Origin: Paramecium tetraurelia
Taxonomy: Eukaryota
Assembly: GCA_000165425.1 (NCBI GenBank)
Contig: CT868653.1
Span: forward strand, 310,001-371,967
DNA: 61,967 nucleotides
Direction of reading: 5' to 3'
The notes beneath the pieces were generated by a model. The model searched no databases. It saw nothing but the letters and a program-made list of their open reading frames with translations, and was not told where the DNA came from. A program made the translations under genes and the position numbers. How positions within the stretch are numbered: the first letter of the stretch is position 1; each line of letters begins with the position of its first letter. Of this stretch, positions 11,918-25,056 are shown piece after piece.

Positions 11918-14008
11918 ATGGAAGCAATTACACAACTCAAAAAATTTATGTAATTCCTTTTTTAGTATATATATAAGTGGTCATCATTTTAATGTGAAGA
12001 GCTTTCATAGGTATATGATTAACAATGACATCTCGGATGTTGAAACATTGATCAAATTTTGTTAATTGGATAATACTGGATAGAGATTTAATTTATGGAG
12101 ATTGTTTTTTAAGTATTATGTGGATTCTACATAGCATTTACTCCATAGAAGACACAGTATTTGAGAAAATAGGTAAGTTATCCAAAACAAGAGAAACCTA
12201 TAAATAATTAGAGCAAAAGTATTCAAGATCTTAAGAAGCTTCATCAACAACTAAGATTGAGGATTAACCTAAAAAAGGTCCTTTAGGAGGTCCATTAGGC
12301 GGACCTTTAGGTGGCCCATTAGGAGGAGGATCTAAAATAAAGACAGCTACCCAAAATCCAATGGAAGATGCTGAACTAAGAAATGAAATAAGAAAGGATG
12401 TTGAAAGAACATATCAAGAGATTTAGTTTTTTGCTAATAAGAAAGTGTTGCAGATACTTACTAGTGTATTGTTTATATGGAGCAAAGAAAATAGTGAAAT
12501 TTCATATAGACAAGGGATGAATGAAGTAGCTGCCTCCTTAATTCACGTGTACTTTCAAGAAGCACTTTATTAAGATGAAATTGACAAAATACAAGGAGTA
12601 TGCATTATTATATGATGAAGGCATCAGAGGACGACAAGTAAATCTTATTACAGTTTAATTCATGGGAGCATGCTGAGGCTGACATCTACACACTCTTTTA
12701 GAAATTGATGAATGATGCACAACACATGGAAATGTTCAGACCAAACTATACAGAAGCATAAAAGATTAAATTATAAAGTAAAAAGCCAAGTGCAATCTTA
12801 ACAAGAGTCTCTAAAATTTAAGATATCCTTTTAAAACAAGTTGAAATGCCTTTATTTAGACATCTCAAATTATTACAAGTGGAATTCCAAATATTTTTAT
12901 TAAAATGGATAAGGTATTAAAATATAATAAATTGAATAGATGTATGTTTACTAGAGAATTACATTTAATAGAATCTTTTAAAGCATGGGATGCAGTCTTC
13001 TATGATTTTTATGAATAAAAAACAGAAACATTATTCTTTGTTGATTGCATAGCAATTGCAATGATATTGTATGTTAAATAGCCAAGTATTTATTAATATT
13101 TAGTAATAGTAATGGAAATGGAAGATTCCAGTTAATGTTATCAAAGATTCCTCAAATATCCTCCAGTTTCTAATTTACCAGCTCTACTTGAGTCTGCTAT
13201 CAATGTGAGAGCCATTTTATTGAACTAAAAATCTGCTACTACTTTGGATGAATAAAATGAATCTAATCAACCAGCAATTTATTCAGATAAACAATTCAAT
13301 CCTGTTTTTTTTGCTTAGCCTACAGACAAAGTGGAAGGAATGGATGCTAAGTTTGTGAAGATTACTTCTGAAAAGCCATAATTTAGAATGAAAGGCGATG
13401 TAGATTTAGTCTACAAAGATGAAACTTCTCCAGATAAATCAAATCAAAATTAGCAATAATTTATTAATCCCTTACAACCGAGATCAGTACCTCAATAATA
13501 AAAGCCTTAGTAATAACCACAATATTATTAAGCTTAATAACAAATATAATAGTCATATTCAACTTCTTAAGCTACTCAAAGTGGCAATTAATCATCAATT
13601 ACAACAAACTTTTTCGATTCTAGTTTATCAAGTACAAATAGTAAAACCATCAAAACCTAATTTTAAGTAGAGGAACAATCATAACAAGTAAAAAAAGCTT
13701 AAGCTCCATCGAAAAATTCTATTTAAATTCCTATTCAATAGGCTGAAGATATGTTTGGAACTTTGGAAGAAACTCTAAAGTTCATGAAATCATTTAAAGA
13801 TCAGTACTATTAAATCATTATTATAGTTCAAACTATTAGGATCTCTTAATGAATTTGACAGAAATGAAAGATTATTTTGAATCTTAGATTAAGTAAAATT
13901 GTAAATTAATTAATTAGTGAAAATTCATAACCAGAAAAGTAATAAAATCAATAAGATGATAATAGTATATCTAGCAAAGTGATAAGCTTCCTAAAGAAAA
14001 AACCATGA
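11918..14008 (+). CDS. TBC-domain Rab GTPase-activating protein (TBC1D5-like)
   Basis: IRKDVERTYQE (IxxDxxR finger), SYRQGMNE (Q finger), LKWIR..FTRE; several tiny introns. Confidence 0.88.
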
Positions 14009-14132
14009 TATTATATGTCTTATAATTTAAATTCGGTTATATTTAATAATTGTTATTCTGAAAGAAATTTGAGGATTCTCAAAATAAAGAGATATAGACT
14101 AATGAGAATTTGAATACAAATGATAAATTTCT

Positions 14133-14729
14133 TCATTATTTAAACTTGAATGGTTAAAATTACATAGGTAGATTAATCACAGTTTCTGTGTCTGTAACAT
14201 TTGAAATTGAATTTGTATCTTAAAAAATTTCGTTTTTTTGAAATTTAAACTTCCCAAATGAAATTTCATAAGAAGTATTGAACATTAATGAGTTTCTATT
14301 GTTTTGAGAGCACTATTAGGATTTCTGCAATAGATTAGGCACTGTTCTTCTACTTTGTCCTTGATTTTAATCTGCGTGTGCTTGTTCAGGTAATTATATT
14401 GATTATATTGAGTTGTTTTCTTTTGTAATCGGTTCTAAATCGTAATTTCTTTTAACCTTTCTTTCAGACAATTATTTTTGCAATGATTATCTATATTAAT
14501 AAAATTGATTATCATCTTGCTAAGTATTTGAAGGAAGTTTTGATACAGCCTTGGATTCTTGCTCGGAGAGAGTTAGCAAACTTAACATCATATTGTTAGA
14601 AACGTAAAGTTCATGAACTGAGGCAGTATTAGTTTCTGGAGGTTTTGTAGTGATGATACTAGCAGATTTATTTTTTTGATGCTGAATCTCTCTAGTTTTT
14701 GCATAGGTTCTTGAAACGCAATAGATCAT
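14133..14729 (-). CDS. Hypothetical protein
   Basis: ATG with in-phase TGA in the ciliate code, about 198 aa. Confidence 0.6.
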
Positions 14730-14759
14730 TCAATGGTATTTTTTATAATGAAAAAAATT

Positions 14760-15142
14760 AAATATAATTGAATATAAAGTATTGGTATCTTATTATTGGT
14801 ATCTTTTAATTACTGTTTTCGAAAAAGCTAGGTCCAAATAATTTTGGCTTTAAGAGTTAGTCTATCATCAGATATTTATCTTAACATAAGAAAAAAGAAG
14901 ATTTGTTGTAACAATATATTTGAGTTCTGATTTTTTTCTTATTCTTCTAGTTATTCTTTAACTGATGGTAACTATTAATTTTGAACTCAATGTTTTCCTT
15001 ATGGAACTAATAAATATTTTGGAGGAGTACTGTTCAATGAAGTTTAAAATTCTCTCTCTGAAGAGTTTTTATTTTTGTTAGATTTTAATTTCGGCAATGT
15101 AAGAATCAAAATGTATGCTTGTGCTTGATTCCTGCTTGGCAT
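14760..15142 (-). pseudogene. Hypothetical gene interrupted by an in-frame TGA
   Basis: MPSRNQ...PQGKH*VQNQQLPSVKEQLEEQEK; coding-like on both sides of the TGA at 14987-14989. Confidence 0.3.
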
Positions 15143-15206
15143 AAAATATCTTGATAAATACAAATTAAGTATGATTATGGTAAATCAAAAGTTGATTAAT
15201 AATATT

Positions 15207-16876
15207 TCAAATAGTATAAATACATATTTCATCAATAGGCAATTAAAAATGGTGGGATTCAATGTTTTTTAAAGGAAAAAGCCCCAATGTTGTTAAACTA
15301 GATATTAATTTCGTCGTTTGCAATAAGATCTAAATTATCAAATGACCCATAGATTTAATTGACCCCTTCGATTTATTAGTCTTTAACAGTTTTGCCAGCT
15401 TGTTTACAAAAAGTAGTGATTTTGAAGACTTGATTTTCTGTCATGACAGAAAAACTCTTAAGATCTTTTCTCGATTTCTTGATATTAAGAAAAGGTGTAT
15501 GATTCTGATTGTCTCCATCGTTTTCGTCTTCTTCAATTTAACTAAGGTCATAATTCATCAACCTAGTAGTCCCTGCACTACCTCTACTTAGGTACTGAAT
15601 GATTAATTATAAAATACCCCTCTGCTTTTTCTTTCAAGCCCTGATTGTTTGTCTGGAGATTAACTGTCTAGATCAGGCACATGGAGAAAGGAAACCTGAC
15701 TTTTTTGTTGAGTTTGTTATATTATTTATAAAGAAGGTTGTTAATTCTATTGTTTGTGTTCTTGAACTATTGATTGTTCTTTAGAAATGGAAATCTTAGG
15801 TTTTTTTTCATTTGTCTTTTTTTGTGAATTAGATCTTCTTGATTTCTTAGATTTCAATTCAGGTAGTTTCTCCCAATCAAACGAGATGTTGTCTATGTAC
15901 TCTTAGTCATCCAATGCTTTTGAAAATTACTCTTTAATGTATGTATAATTAGGTTATTCAGTATATTCTCTAGATTTGGCATGTTACAATAACAAATAAT
16001 AACATTTAGGTAGATTATCACAGAGTTTTTCATGAGAGATTTATTGTTTATATTCAAGTATTTTGTTATATTTAATTGATTTATCTTGGATTGGCATATT
16101 CATCCAAGGCAATTTCCCTTTATTCAGATAAATGAGTACATAAGCCAAAGATTCCAAGTCATCTCTTCTAGATTACTCTCTACCTAAAATTACATTAAAA
16201 TTAATCACCTAAATGTGCTCCAATACTAGCATATCTGGCAGTTCCTATGATTCCCTTCTTCTCTATCATTGGAATGTGAACTCCTTGATTATCCTTGTAA
16301 CATTTGGATAATCCAAAATCAATCAAATAAATAACATCGATATCCTACCATCCTATTACCAAATTTTCTGGTTTCAAATCTCTATGAATCAAATTCTTCT
16401 GATGCATTTATTCCAGTCTATCCAGTAATTGTAATCCTATTCTGAGACAATTGATTTGTGAGAACCTTTTTGTTTTTCTAATCAAGTGTTCCAAATTCTA
16501 ACCCAAATATGTTATCATAAAGAAATTGTAATTTTCATCTCTCCCATAATGCAAAATCTAAGGAAAGCCTTGCATAATGGATTTAAATACCTGGGATCCC
16601 TTTCAACACTAATAAAATTTTTATTTCTCTAACTAGCAAACTCACACTATTCTTTGCTGACTCTCTCCTTTCAAATTTAGAGGCACATATTTCACCTGTC
16701 TCTATATTTTCAGTCTTAAAAATCGATCCAAAACTACCTTGTCCGACTTTCTCAATTAATTTGAATCTCCCTGCTACAATCTATCCCGGATATAACAATT
16801 TCTATTGAAATTTATCCTATTGAGAAGAGGGATTGTGAGTTTAATGTTTCTTTTCTTTTCGAACAGGCGATTTCAT
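15207..16876 (-). CDS. Casein kinase 1 family protein kinase with long C-terminal tail
   Basis: [51 protein letters not shown]. Confidence 0.9.
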
Positions 16877-16931
16877 AAAGTTTAATAAATTTTATATTAA
16901 TTTATATTAATTTCTATATAATTAAATTTAT

Positions 16932-17846
16932 TCACTTTCTATCCTTCTCCAATCCTTGAACTTCTTGCACAATACTTTAGTAAACTTAATTAGTAAGTTT
17001 TAACAAATATCCTAACGCACAGATTCCCCCAAAGAAAATGATCATCTATACCTACAAAGGCATTATGTCAGATGACTTTCCCGTCTCTATAAAGGTCTTT
17101 ACATTCTTTGCCTAAACTCCGACATGAACCCAAAATCCAGTCCACATGAAATTACTTATTGATGTCACCACCAAGTATTAAGGTGTACTCACAGCAAACA
17201 CTCCAACCACATAAGTCTTAAATGCTGTTGGGAGTGTTATCAATTGCAAAATTGCTAAAATCTTTATTGGATTTATCTGAGCCGCAACATAGAAGGTCTT
17301 GAAAAAAATATTTCCTTTAAATGCTTAATAAATTTCTTCTTTAAAACAGTATTTTACAAGGGCAAAACACAAAAATCTACAATTCTTATTATATTTACTT
17401 TCCAGCCATTTTAGTTGCAAATAGCAAAGTCAAGGCTGTTAAATATGGTCGAATGAAAAATCCAAACAAAATGTCCATCAAAAATATGTCAAAACCTGTT
17501 ATTATCAGGACTAACTCAAAAGCACCGATATATAGCAACCCATAAACATCTTTAGGATAATCAACGTAAAAATTACCATTCTCATAGTTGTCACTAAAAA
17601 AATCAAACAGGAACTGTCTGAAATGCTGCGAGGTTCCCAATGCTATAAAAAATGCAATCACTACTATCAAATAAAAAATAATTATGAGAAGTAGTAATCT
17701 AATTATATTGCTGAATCTGTTTACATATCAGACAAATGAGACTACTTTTCCTTTGAAATGACCTCGTGGATTTCAGATGAAGTAGGATATTCAGGCATGC
17801 TCAATGCAACCCCTGGTTATTCTAGAGGCTCATATTAATTGAGCAT
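16932..17846 (-). CDS. Multi-pass membrane protein, VTT/DedA (TVP38/TMEM64-like) family
   Basis: Hydrophobic helices; pattern GFF..PYL.A..L..TKMAG..LCF.LVKY and LITLPTAFKTYVVGVF. Confidence 0.6.
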
Positions 17847-17913
17847 ATTTATTTCTTATCAAAATTATGAACTCACCCGTTTTAATAATAATTATTCTAA
17901 TAATAATATATAT

Positions 17914-19398
17914 TCAATGGCGTCTTTTTCTGTCCTCTGCGGTAGTGTTGTAAGTTCTCTTTTTTGCATTCAGTCCTAGCTATTCTTCATATGTTTTCTA
18001 TTAAATTTCCTTAGTTGTTTGTTTCTTCTGTGACCCTTAGCTCAACAACTTTTCCAATTACTTTTTGCCCTTTTCTTCCTTCTCATTTTGTTTGGGCTGA
18101 ATTTATTTTGTTTGATTTTGTTTCCACTATGGTCTATAGCCTTTTTCGAAATCCAACTCAAGTATTGAAGGATCAACATCAATCTTTTTGTTGATTACTT
18201 TAGTCTATGTAGCCCTATAATTATTTTCATTTCTAGGTTCTTGGCGAGTATAAGTATTGCTTTAATCAAATGATTAATGATTTTTCTTCTTCTTTTCCTT
18301 CAATTTTTCACACTCTTAAATAAATTCCTGATAGCTAATTTCTCCTCCTTTTTCAAATTACTAAATTAATTTTATTTGTTAAGAAATTTTCTACAAGTAT
18401 TATTTGTAAAAGGAAACTATATCATGTTCAAATTTATGGTCTTGAGTCAATTGTCTAATTCTAAAAATGTTGTAATTATTGTTTTTAATCTCCTCTAAAT
18501 TCATGATCACTTTATCTAAGATTTAAATAGAACTTTATCTCTAAAAGCCATAACAGCTGATTTTCGGGCTCAAAGTCAGAATGTCACTGTGATCCAGTGA
18601 TATAATCAAAAACAATTTCTGGAATAAATATAAAAATTATGTGAAGGCAGAATCTGCTAAATTTTTCATTTCAAAAACAAAACAACCTCCATCCTCAAGT
18701 CTTTTGTACATCATGGTAACAAAGTACCAAAATTATTCGCCAGCATTCTATTTTTCATTCACTTTCATATAAAGAATCTATACTGTCTCCTCTTCACCCA
18801 AATTCTAGATTACCTTAACATTATTAAACCTACCCTTAAAATCATAATTGGAGTCATCATTAATTAGTTTATAACAAACACGAATCATATTTGGAAGATA
18901 ACACTTTTCAATAATACTCGAAATGCTCTTGAGATTCTTTAAATTTTTGAACTATCCAAAGACTGTAATTGGTTGAACATAATTAGGCTAGTGCAAAAAA
19001 GGATTGATTCCTCGTTATAAATGAAATTCTAATTAATATTCTTTATCTAATTCTTCAAATACTTTGTCAAACTCTTTGGGGTATTTGAGTTATCTATTAC
19101 TTCTGTCTGAAATTTTAGTTGCCTTAAATTTTTTGACATCGCCTAACGAATCGAATTCTCTTTGAGAATCCTGTGTATTATAGACTGCAAGCATGCTATC
19201 ATTAAATTTATCACGCCCAGTTGTAATGTAATCTTATTCATTCCTCTTAAGGATGCATGAGATGGGTTACAAATTTCCCCAGTTGATAATTCTGTTCTAT
19301 GATTAGTTATATGAACTAAGGCGACTGAACACCGGTTCGAAAGGAGGCATAGACATAGCCTACCTGTAATAAGGATTATTGTCATCAAAGAGATCCAT
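17914..19398 (-). CDS. Hypothetical protein, possibly a degenerate FtsJ/CMTR-like methyltransferase fold with basic C-terminal tail
   Basis: Long ORF; segment RLEDGGCFVFEM..FLYLFQKLF...CYGF resembles the cap 2'-O-methyltransferase core. Confidence 0.5.
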
Positions 19399-19515
19399 TT
19401 ATTAAAATTTTTTAATATAAAAATACTATTTATGTTATTTCTTTTTTATCATTAAAGATTTGAGAATGCTATAAATTATTATCAAGCTGATTAATTATTT
19501 AACTATTTTTACTTA

Positions 19516-20343
19516 ATGAATTCTCATATTTACCTGACAACCCACTAACTACATGAGATGTTTGTAGATCCTACTTAAGTATTGGTCTCCCCTTCATTTG
19601 TTGAACCAACTACTCCTCCATCAAAGGAGGTATTCAATTTTCAATGCAATATTTTAGAAAAGATATTTCTTTCAAGAGGATGTTACAAGTCCTTCAAAGA
19701 AAGATGACAAATCAACTGAAAATTATTCGAACAGAAAAATCAGTTAGAATTCTATTTTTGATTCCAAAGTAGAATTGAAACTAAGTATTCCTAGAATTTT
19801 GATAGTTTAGCAAATAAAGATTTATGCATTAAGAATTTATAGGAACAATAGAATAAAAGTAAGGAGGGACAAATAATTATCAAATTGTAATAGGAACTCT
19901 AACAATAATCTTAAATTATTTTAAGTTTGCAAAGTAAAGTTTGACATCATTTAGATTAAATATAAATTTTGAAAGGATCAAACTAGAAATATCACTCTAG
20001 TGTTTCATAATTGCTCAGTCAAATCAAAAAGTTAGAGCAAGAAAATCAATCCTTTTAAGATTAACTTCTAAAAACAAGATTGGGTTTCTAAGATTAAATT
20101 AAATAACAATAATAAATAAAAATAGATATGGAAAATGCAAAAATCAAAATATTAAATAAGGATCAAATGATTGAATCTTTAAATTAGCAATTATCCTCCT
20201 TTCGTCAAGAGTTAAGCAAAACCAGAATTGCTATAAGTCCAAATAGAGTAATAGAGTAAACACACTACCCTCCTTCCGTCTCATATATCAATTATAGGAT
20301 AGCTCAATAAAGATCAAATTCTAATAATTTGAAGAATTTTTGA
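19516..20343 (+). CDS. Coiled-coil hypothetical protein
   Basis: Q/E/K-rich heptad-like sequence, tiny introns near 19630 and 19938, TGA at 20341. Confidence 0.65.
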
Positions 20344-20377
20344 ACTAATCATTCTTATGATTATTTAATATTAAATT

Positions 20378-20798
20378 TCACAATTTATAAAATTAAAGGG
20401 CTTTTGTGCTTGTCTTTTCTTCAACTTCATCAAAAATCTTTCTCTTTTAATGTCCAGAACTTGTGAACATACTTTTAGTAATTTGAATTTGCTCTTCATG
20501 AAGACTCTTGCTTTATTGATGATGACTGAAATGTCTCACACTGACACTTTACAATTTACAAAACGATAGTTTTTTGGGTATTTGTATGTTTTGAGGTTTT
20601 TAGTTCTTTGACTATTTCTCTTTCAATATTTACTTATTTTTACATCAATTTGTTTAAATCTGTGATTTCCTACTCCAATTAATAAACATATTTTTATAAC
20701 TCTACACATTATTGACACTATTCAAACTAATTTTCAATTGGTAAACTTCCATCTGAATTAATAAAAGACTAATAAATAGTGTCCTCTTTCTCATTCAT
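20378..20798 (-). CDS. Small hypothetical protein (CxxC plus coiled coil)
   Basis: MNEKEDTIY...CQQCVELQKYVYQLEQE; needs one intron or indel to reach the TGA. Confidence 0.5.
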
Positions 20799-20840
20799 CT
20801 TAAATAATTAAAATAATATTAATAAATAACAATAAATATT

Positions 20841-21505
20841 ATGATCATTTATTCGCTGCATATTTAAGAAGTAGATTTGCTAATATTTCAATAACACAAA
20901 CCAACTATATATTCTATTTAGTTTTCTAATTATCTAACCTATTTCGGTTATTCTAAATGCTATCTATATAATTCTATGTAAAATACTTAACTTTAATATA
21001 AATCAAATCAAATAATTAATCTTCCTTTCTAAATAGATAAGGAATATAATTAATCTTCATCACAAAAGACTTTAATTAAATAGATAGAATTCTAAAATAC
21101 AAAATATGTTTTATATGTAATCTGATCGTGAAGTAGTAAAACTTTATTTCCAACAATATATTTAAGATTGCTTTATGGTTAAGTAGGCATTTGAAATTTG
21201 GAAAAGGTTATCTTATGCACCAACCTAAATAATAATATTAGTGGAAGAAACTCAAAGTATATACTTTCAACCAAAAATTAAAGCAATTATATTTAACCTT
21301 TCAATTTTTCATATTTTTTAAATTAAAAAATAAATTTAGACCTCTCAATAATCAATTTTAGGGATCAAACGAATAAAAGAAAACAATAAATCAATCTAAA
21401 ATTATTAAAATAGCGAGAATTTAGACCTTATTAGTTTCATTTTATCTAAATTCTTAATATTGTTGCAAATAATCCTTTATACAAATTAATACTTTAGAAT
21501 ATGAT
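20841..21505 (+). CDS. Hypothetical protein (boundaries uncertain)
   Basis: Coding-like frame MQSDREVVKLYFQQYIQDCFMVKQAFEIWKRL. Confidence 0.3.
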
Positions 21506-21544
21506 ATGTGTTTTATATATGATATTTGTGAATTAATTATTCTT

Positions 21545-22573
21545 TCATTTTAGATAAATGATTATGATTGTCATATTGTCACAACCAACTCCAGCTATAA
21601 ATTATATCTTTTCGAATACATGATATGCCTGGAGCAATCAAATGATCCAGCAAATCCTCTGCAACTCTCCCTAATAACTGAGGAGTAACTGGTTGATTAC
21701 CAAGTTTATTATTGATAAATTAAAGTAACTCTAAATGACTCAATTAGTCGAAAATGCCATCACATCCCATCAATAAAAATCTAAAATGAAGACTATAAAT
21801 ACTTGTCTTTTTATGTTAATTCTATTTTTTCAATATCTGGAAATGCGATTACTAATTGTTCAGTCTTATTTAAGCTGGAGTTTTACTTATATTGTCGATC
21901 CCCCAATGCACGAGATAGATTTAGGTTTCCTATAATATTATGTAAAATAAACCATTAATCCTTCCTTCATCTACAAATCCTCCAGCACTTTCAATCCTCT
22001 ATTTTTCTTTTAAAATAACAGGCTTATGATCATTGCTCAAATCACAATTAGTATTATTTCGACATAATACAGATCTTGAATCGCCTACATTAGCAACATA
22101 GAGAGTGTTCTTAAAAAATAGAGCAACATTAGCTGTACATCCTGTTTGATAGGCTCCTTTAATATTATTAATAAATTAATACCTTCTTCTGTTGTGTTCT
22201 TTATTTATTAAAGTTCTAATTAACCTTCCTCAGCAAACATTAACTCATCCATCTTCAAAAAGGTCTCTTACAAGGCATCTTCAAAGTTTTGATCTTTAAA
22301 ATTATTATTCCTTAAAAGTTCTTCAGTAAAGTGTCTCTACACAAATATGGCAACATCAGCACCACCATGTCCATCAAAAATACCAAATAACGAGACATTT
22401 GGTACTAAATCACATACAAAAATGTGAGTATCCTCCATGGATCTTCTCCATCCTATTTCATAATATTATACAATTTTACCTTGTACTGCCGAGGCTGCAT
22501 AAATAAAGGTTTTATTTTCATCGATTGTCGTATTTTTACTCCTATTAGGACTAGATAGATAAACACCTCCCAT
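21545..22573 (-). CDS. Protein phosphatase 2C
   Basis: MGGVYLSSP, QGWRRSMEDTH, FGIFDGHGG, GCTANV, ANVGDSRSV, DHKP, LNLSRALGD, MGCDGIF, GCDNMT. Confidence 0.95.
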
Positions 22574-23446
22574 TGTAATATATTAAATTTAGAATTGGTT
22601 AGATCCTATTCAGACTTATAATTATCACGAATTCGATAATTATAATAAAAGACTTGATTATTATAATATCCTGGTGTTACTTACCTGTTAAAAGTTAAAT
22701 TTAAATTCAAACTAGCAAATACACCCAACCAAAAATGTTATTATTGGTTAAATTTCTTATGTAATTGTAATGAGTTGATCGAATTCCTGTTTCTTTCTTT
22801 ATTATTGATAATCTAAAACATTACCAAAGGGTTTTTGTAATATTTGTTCAATTTTTCTTAATTTTAAAACATCTTGAAAAGTAATAATAACAATAAAAAA
22901 TTAACTTATAAAATTGATAAAGATTTAATCTTCAGCTTATTAGTTTAATAATTTATAATATTAATAAATCAAAGATCTCAAAGTATCAACCCAACAATAA
23001 TCGACAACCATTTTTTGGCAATATACAAATTATAAAATTAATTAAGAATATTAAACTACTTTTCTATATTATCTTCATCTGGTTTACCTTGATCGAATAT
23101 TAATACTTTAATAAGTAATAAGGAGAATATATTTAAATAATTTTTGATAAGATTAACTTGAATATTTAAGGATTAAGAAATTAATAAGCATGTAAGAAGA
23201 GAGTTGTATTTTATTAAAGGATTTTAGTTAGCAACGTTTTTTTCAAATAATATCGGAAGTTATTAGTCAATTTGTTAAGAGACCTATTGGAATAATTCAA
23301 ACTGGAACATTCAATAAGATAGTTTGTATTATTAAAAGTTGTGATTAATTATTTACTAAATGTATTTTTTATATTTCAAGTTTATTAAAACTTATGGAAT
23401 TGTTGATGAAATAGTTTTGTATATAGATTAAACAAAATTTAAGATG

Positions 23447-23683
23447 TCATGGTTTTCTTAATTCAATTTGTTGGGTTTAGACATTGTTGTAAGTTTGGGT
23501 CTGATGATTCGAGATTTTGTTGCCCTCCTACCAAATCAGTTAACAGAAGGATTGTTGTTAACCTAGGTTTTGATCGTTTTTTTATCGTTCCTCATTGTAT
23601 CTCTTCAATTTATCAAAATCAATAGGGATGCATTGAAAGGCTCCACTTCTTTTGAGCTTTGATTTAGAATGACAAATTCCCAT
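23447..23683 (-). CDS. Small protein with N-terminal MGxC acylation-like motif, 78 aa
   Basis: MGICHSKSKLKRSGAF...IDFDKLKRYNEER...; open to TGA. Confidence 0.6.
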
Positions 23684-23808
23684 TTTAGATTATTTTATAT
23701 TAATTGTTTAATAAATTGATGTAATAATAAAGCAGTTCTTATTGTCATAAGTTATAGGATTTTGCCAAAATTCCGAAAATTAGAAACTCAATTTTAATAT
23801 TATACAGA

Positions 23809-24136
23809 TCATCTGAATAATATACCTAACAAGTCTGTGTTTCTAAAAATGAGAAGTTCTTATCCATTTATATTGACTTTTTGTCCACCGAAATCGGGCA
23901 GTAAAACTGTGTCTCCCACTTTAACTCAAATTTTAACAAACTCACCTTTGTGGTCGTGATTGCCTTATCCAGCCTTATATTTTAATATTAATTGAGATAC
24001 TTCGATGACTACTCCTGCTAGATTCTTTGCTTGTTCAGTATTGAGTTGTATGGCACTTGATGTTTTAAATGAAACTTCTATTTTCTTAGATAAGTACTGT
24101 GTTCATGAGTGGGAGTAATCTTTTGAATTGCTACAT
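23809..24136 (-). pseudogene. Chaperonin-10 (HSP10/GroES) pseudogene
   Basis: MQQFKRLLPLMN.VLI, 1-nt frameshift near 24088, GVVIE, VKVGDTVLLPDFGGQKV..ELLIFRNTDLLGIL; in-frame TGA at 23926-23928. Confidence 0.85.
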
Positions 24137-24166
24137 CAATTAATTTTAATTAATTAAAATATTATT

Positions 24167-24982
24167 ATGGATCCTAACCAATTTGTATGCTACTTATTCA
24201 ATATATGATAGGGTATTGAGATAGCCAAGAAATTCCAACAATTCTTTGCTCATATGAACAAGTTTTGTTAACAATTTTTGAAAGACTAGAATGTGACAGA
24301 GATTCAAGTTCCTGAGAAGAAGAAGGAACGAGATCCAAATGCACCCAAGAAGCCTTTGACACCGTTCTTTTTATTTAATTAGAAGTACAGAGAGAAAGTG
24401 GTTGACAGAAATCCAGGTATTTATTTGTTTGTGAAATACTATAAGAGATTAAGCTTACTCAAATATCATAAATGGCGGGAAATAAATGGTCATCTATGTC
24501 CGAATAAGAGAAGAAGGTATGACTTTTCAATCAATTTGCATAGCCTTACGTCGACCAATACAATGCAGCCAAGGAAAAGTATGAGTAAGAGTTGAAAGAT
24601 TACAATGAGAAAAATGGAATCGAAACAAATGATAAGAAGCGCAAGAAGTCAGAGAAAGTACATGAGATCCTTATAATAATAGGTTGATGATAAATCAATG
24701 AAATCAGCTTTGGATCATAATATCGATGATTTCGAGTCTGAATCTGTTCAACCAGCAGCTAAACATCAATAATAAATTAAACAATAATAGCAAAAACAAA
24801 GCAATAATGATGAGTAGGTCAAATAGCAACCAGCAAAATAGAGCAAGCAATAAACATAACAAAAATAAATACCAGTTTAAACTAAGAAGGCTAAACATGT
24901 AGAGATAGATGATGATATCTAAAAAGATATTGATTAAGCAATGAGCAATCCAAAATAAACATAAAAAAAATCCAAGAAATGA
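24167..24982 (+). CDS. HMG-box protein
   Basis: KKERDPNAPKKPLTPFFLFNQKYREKV...GNKWSSMSE..K..Y; K/Q-rich tail; tiny introns. Confidence 0.9.
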
Positions 24983-25056
24983 AAACCATAAAAACAACCA
25001 TTAAGATCAAAATTATTTTATAATATTTGTTATGTACTTAAATCGTTCAATTCGAG

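Noticed and set aside
22600..23440. AT-rich tract as a gene
   Set aside because: No consistent frame or motif found on either strand
23926..23928. In-frame TGA in cpn10 as selenocysteine or read-through
   Set aside because: The same gene has a frameshift and loss of conserved residues, and I saw no SECIS-like hairpin
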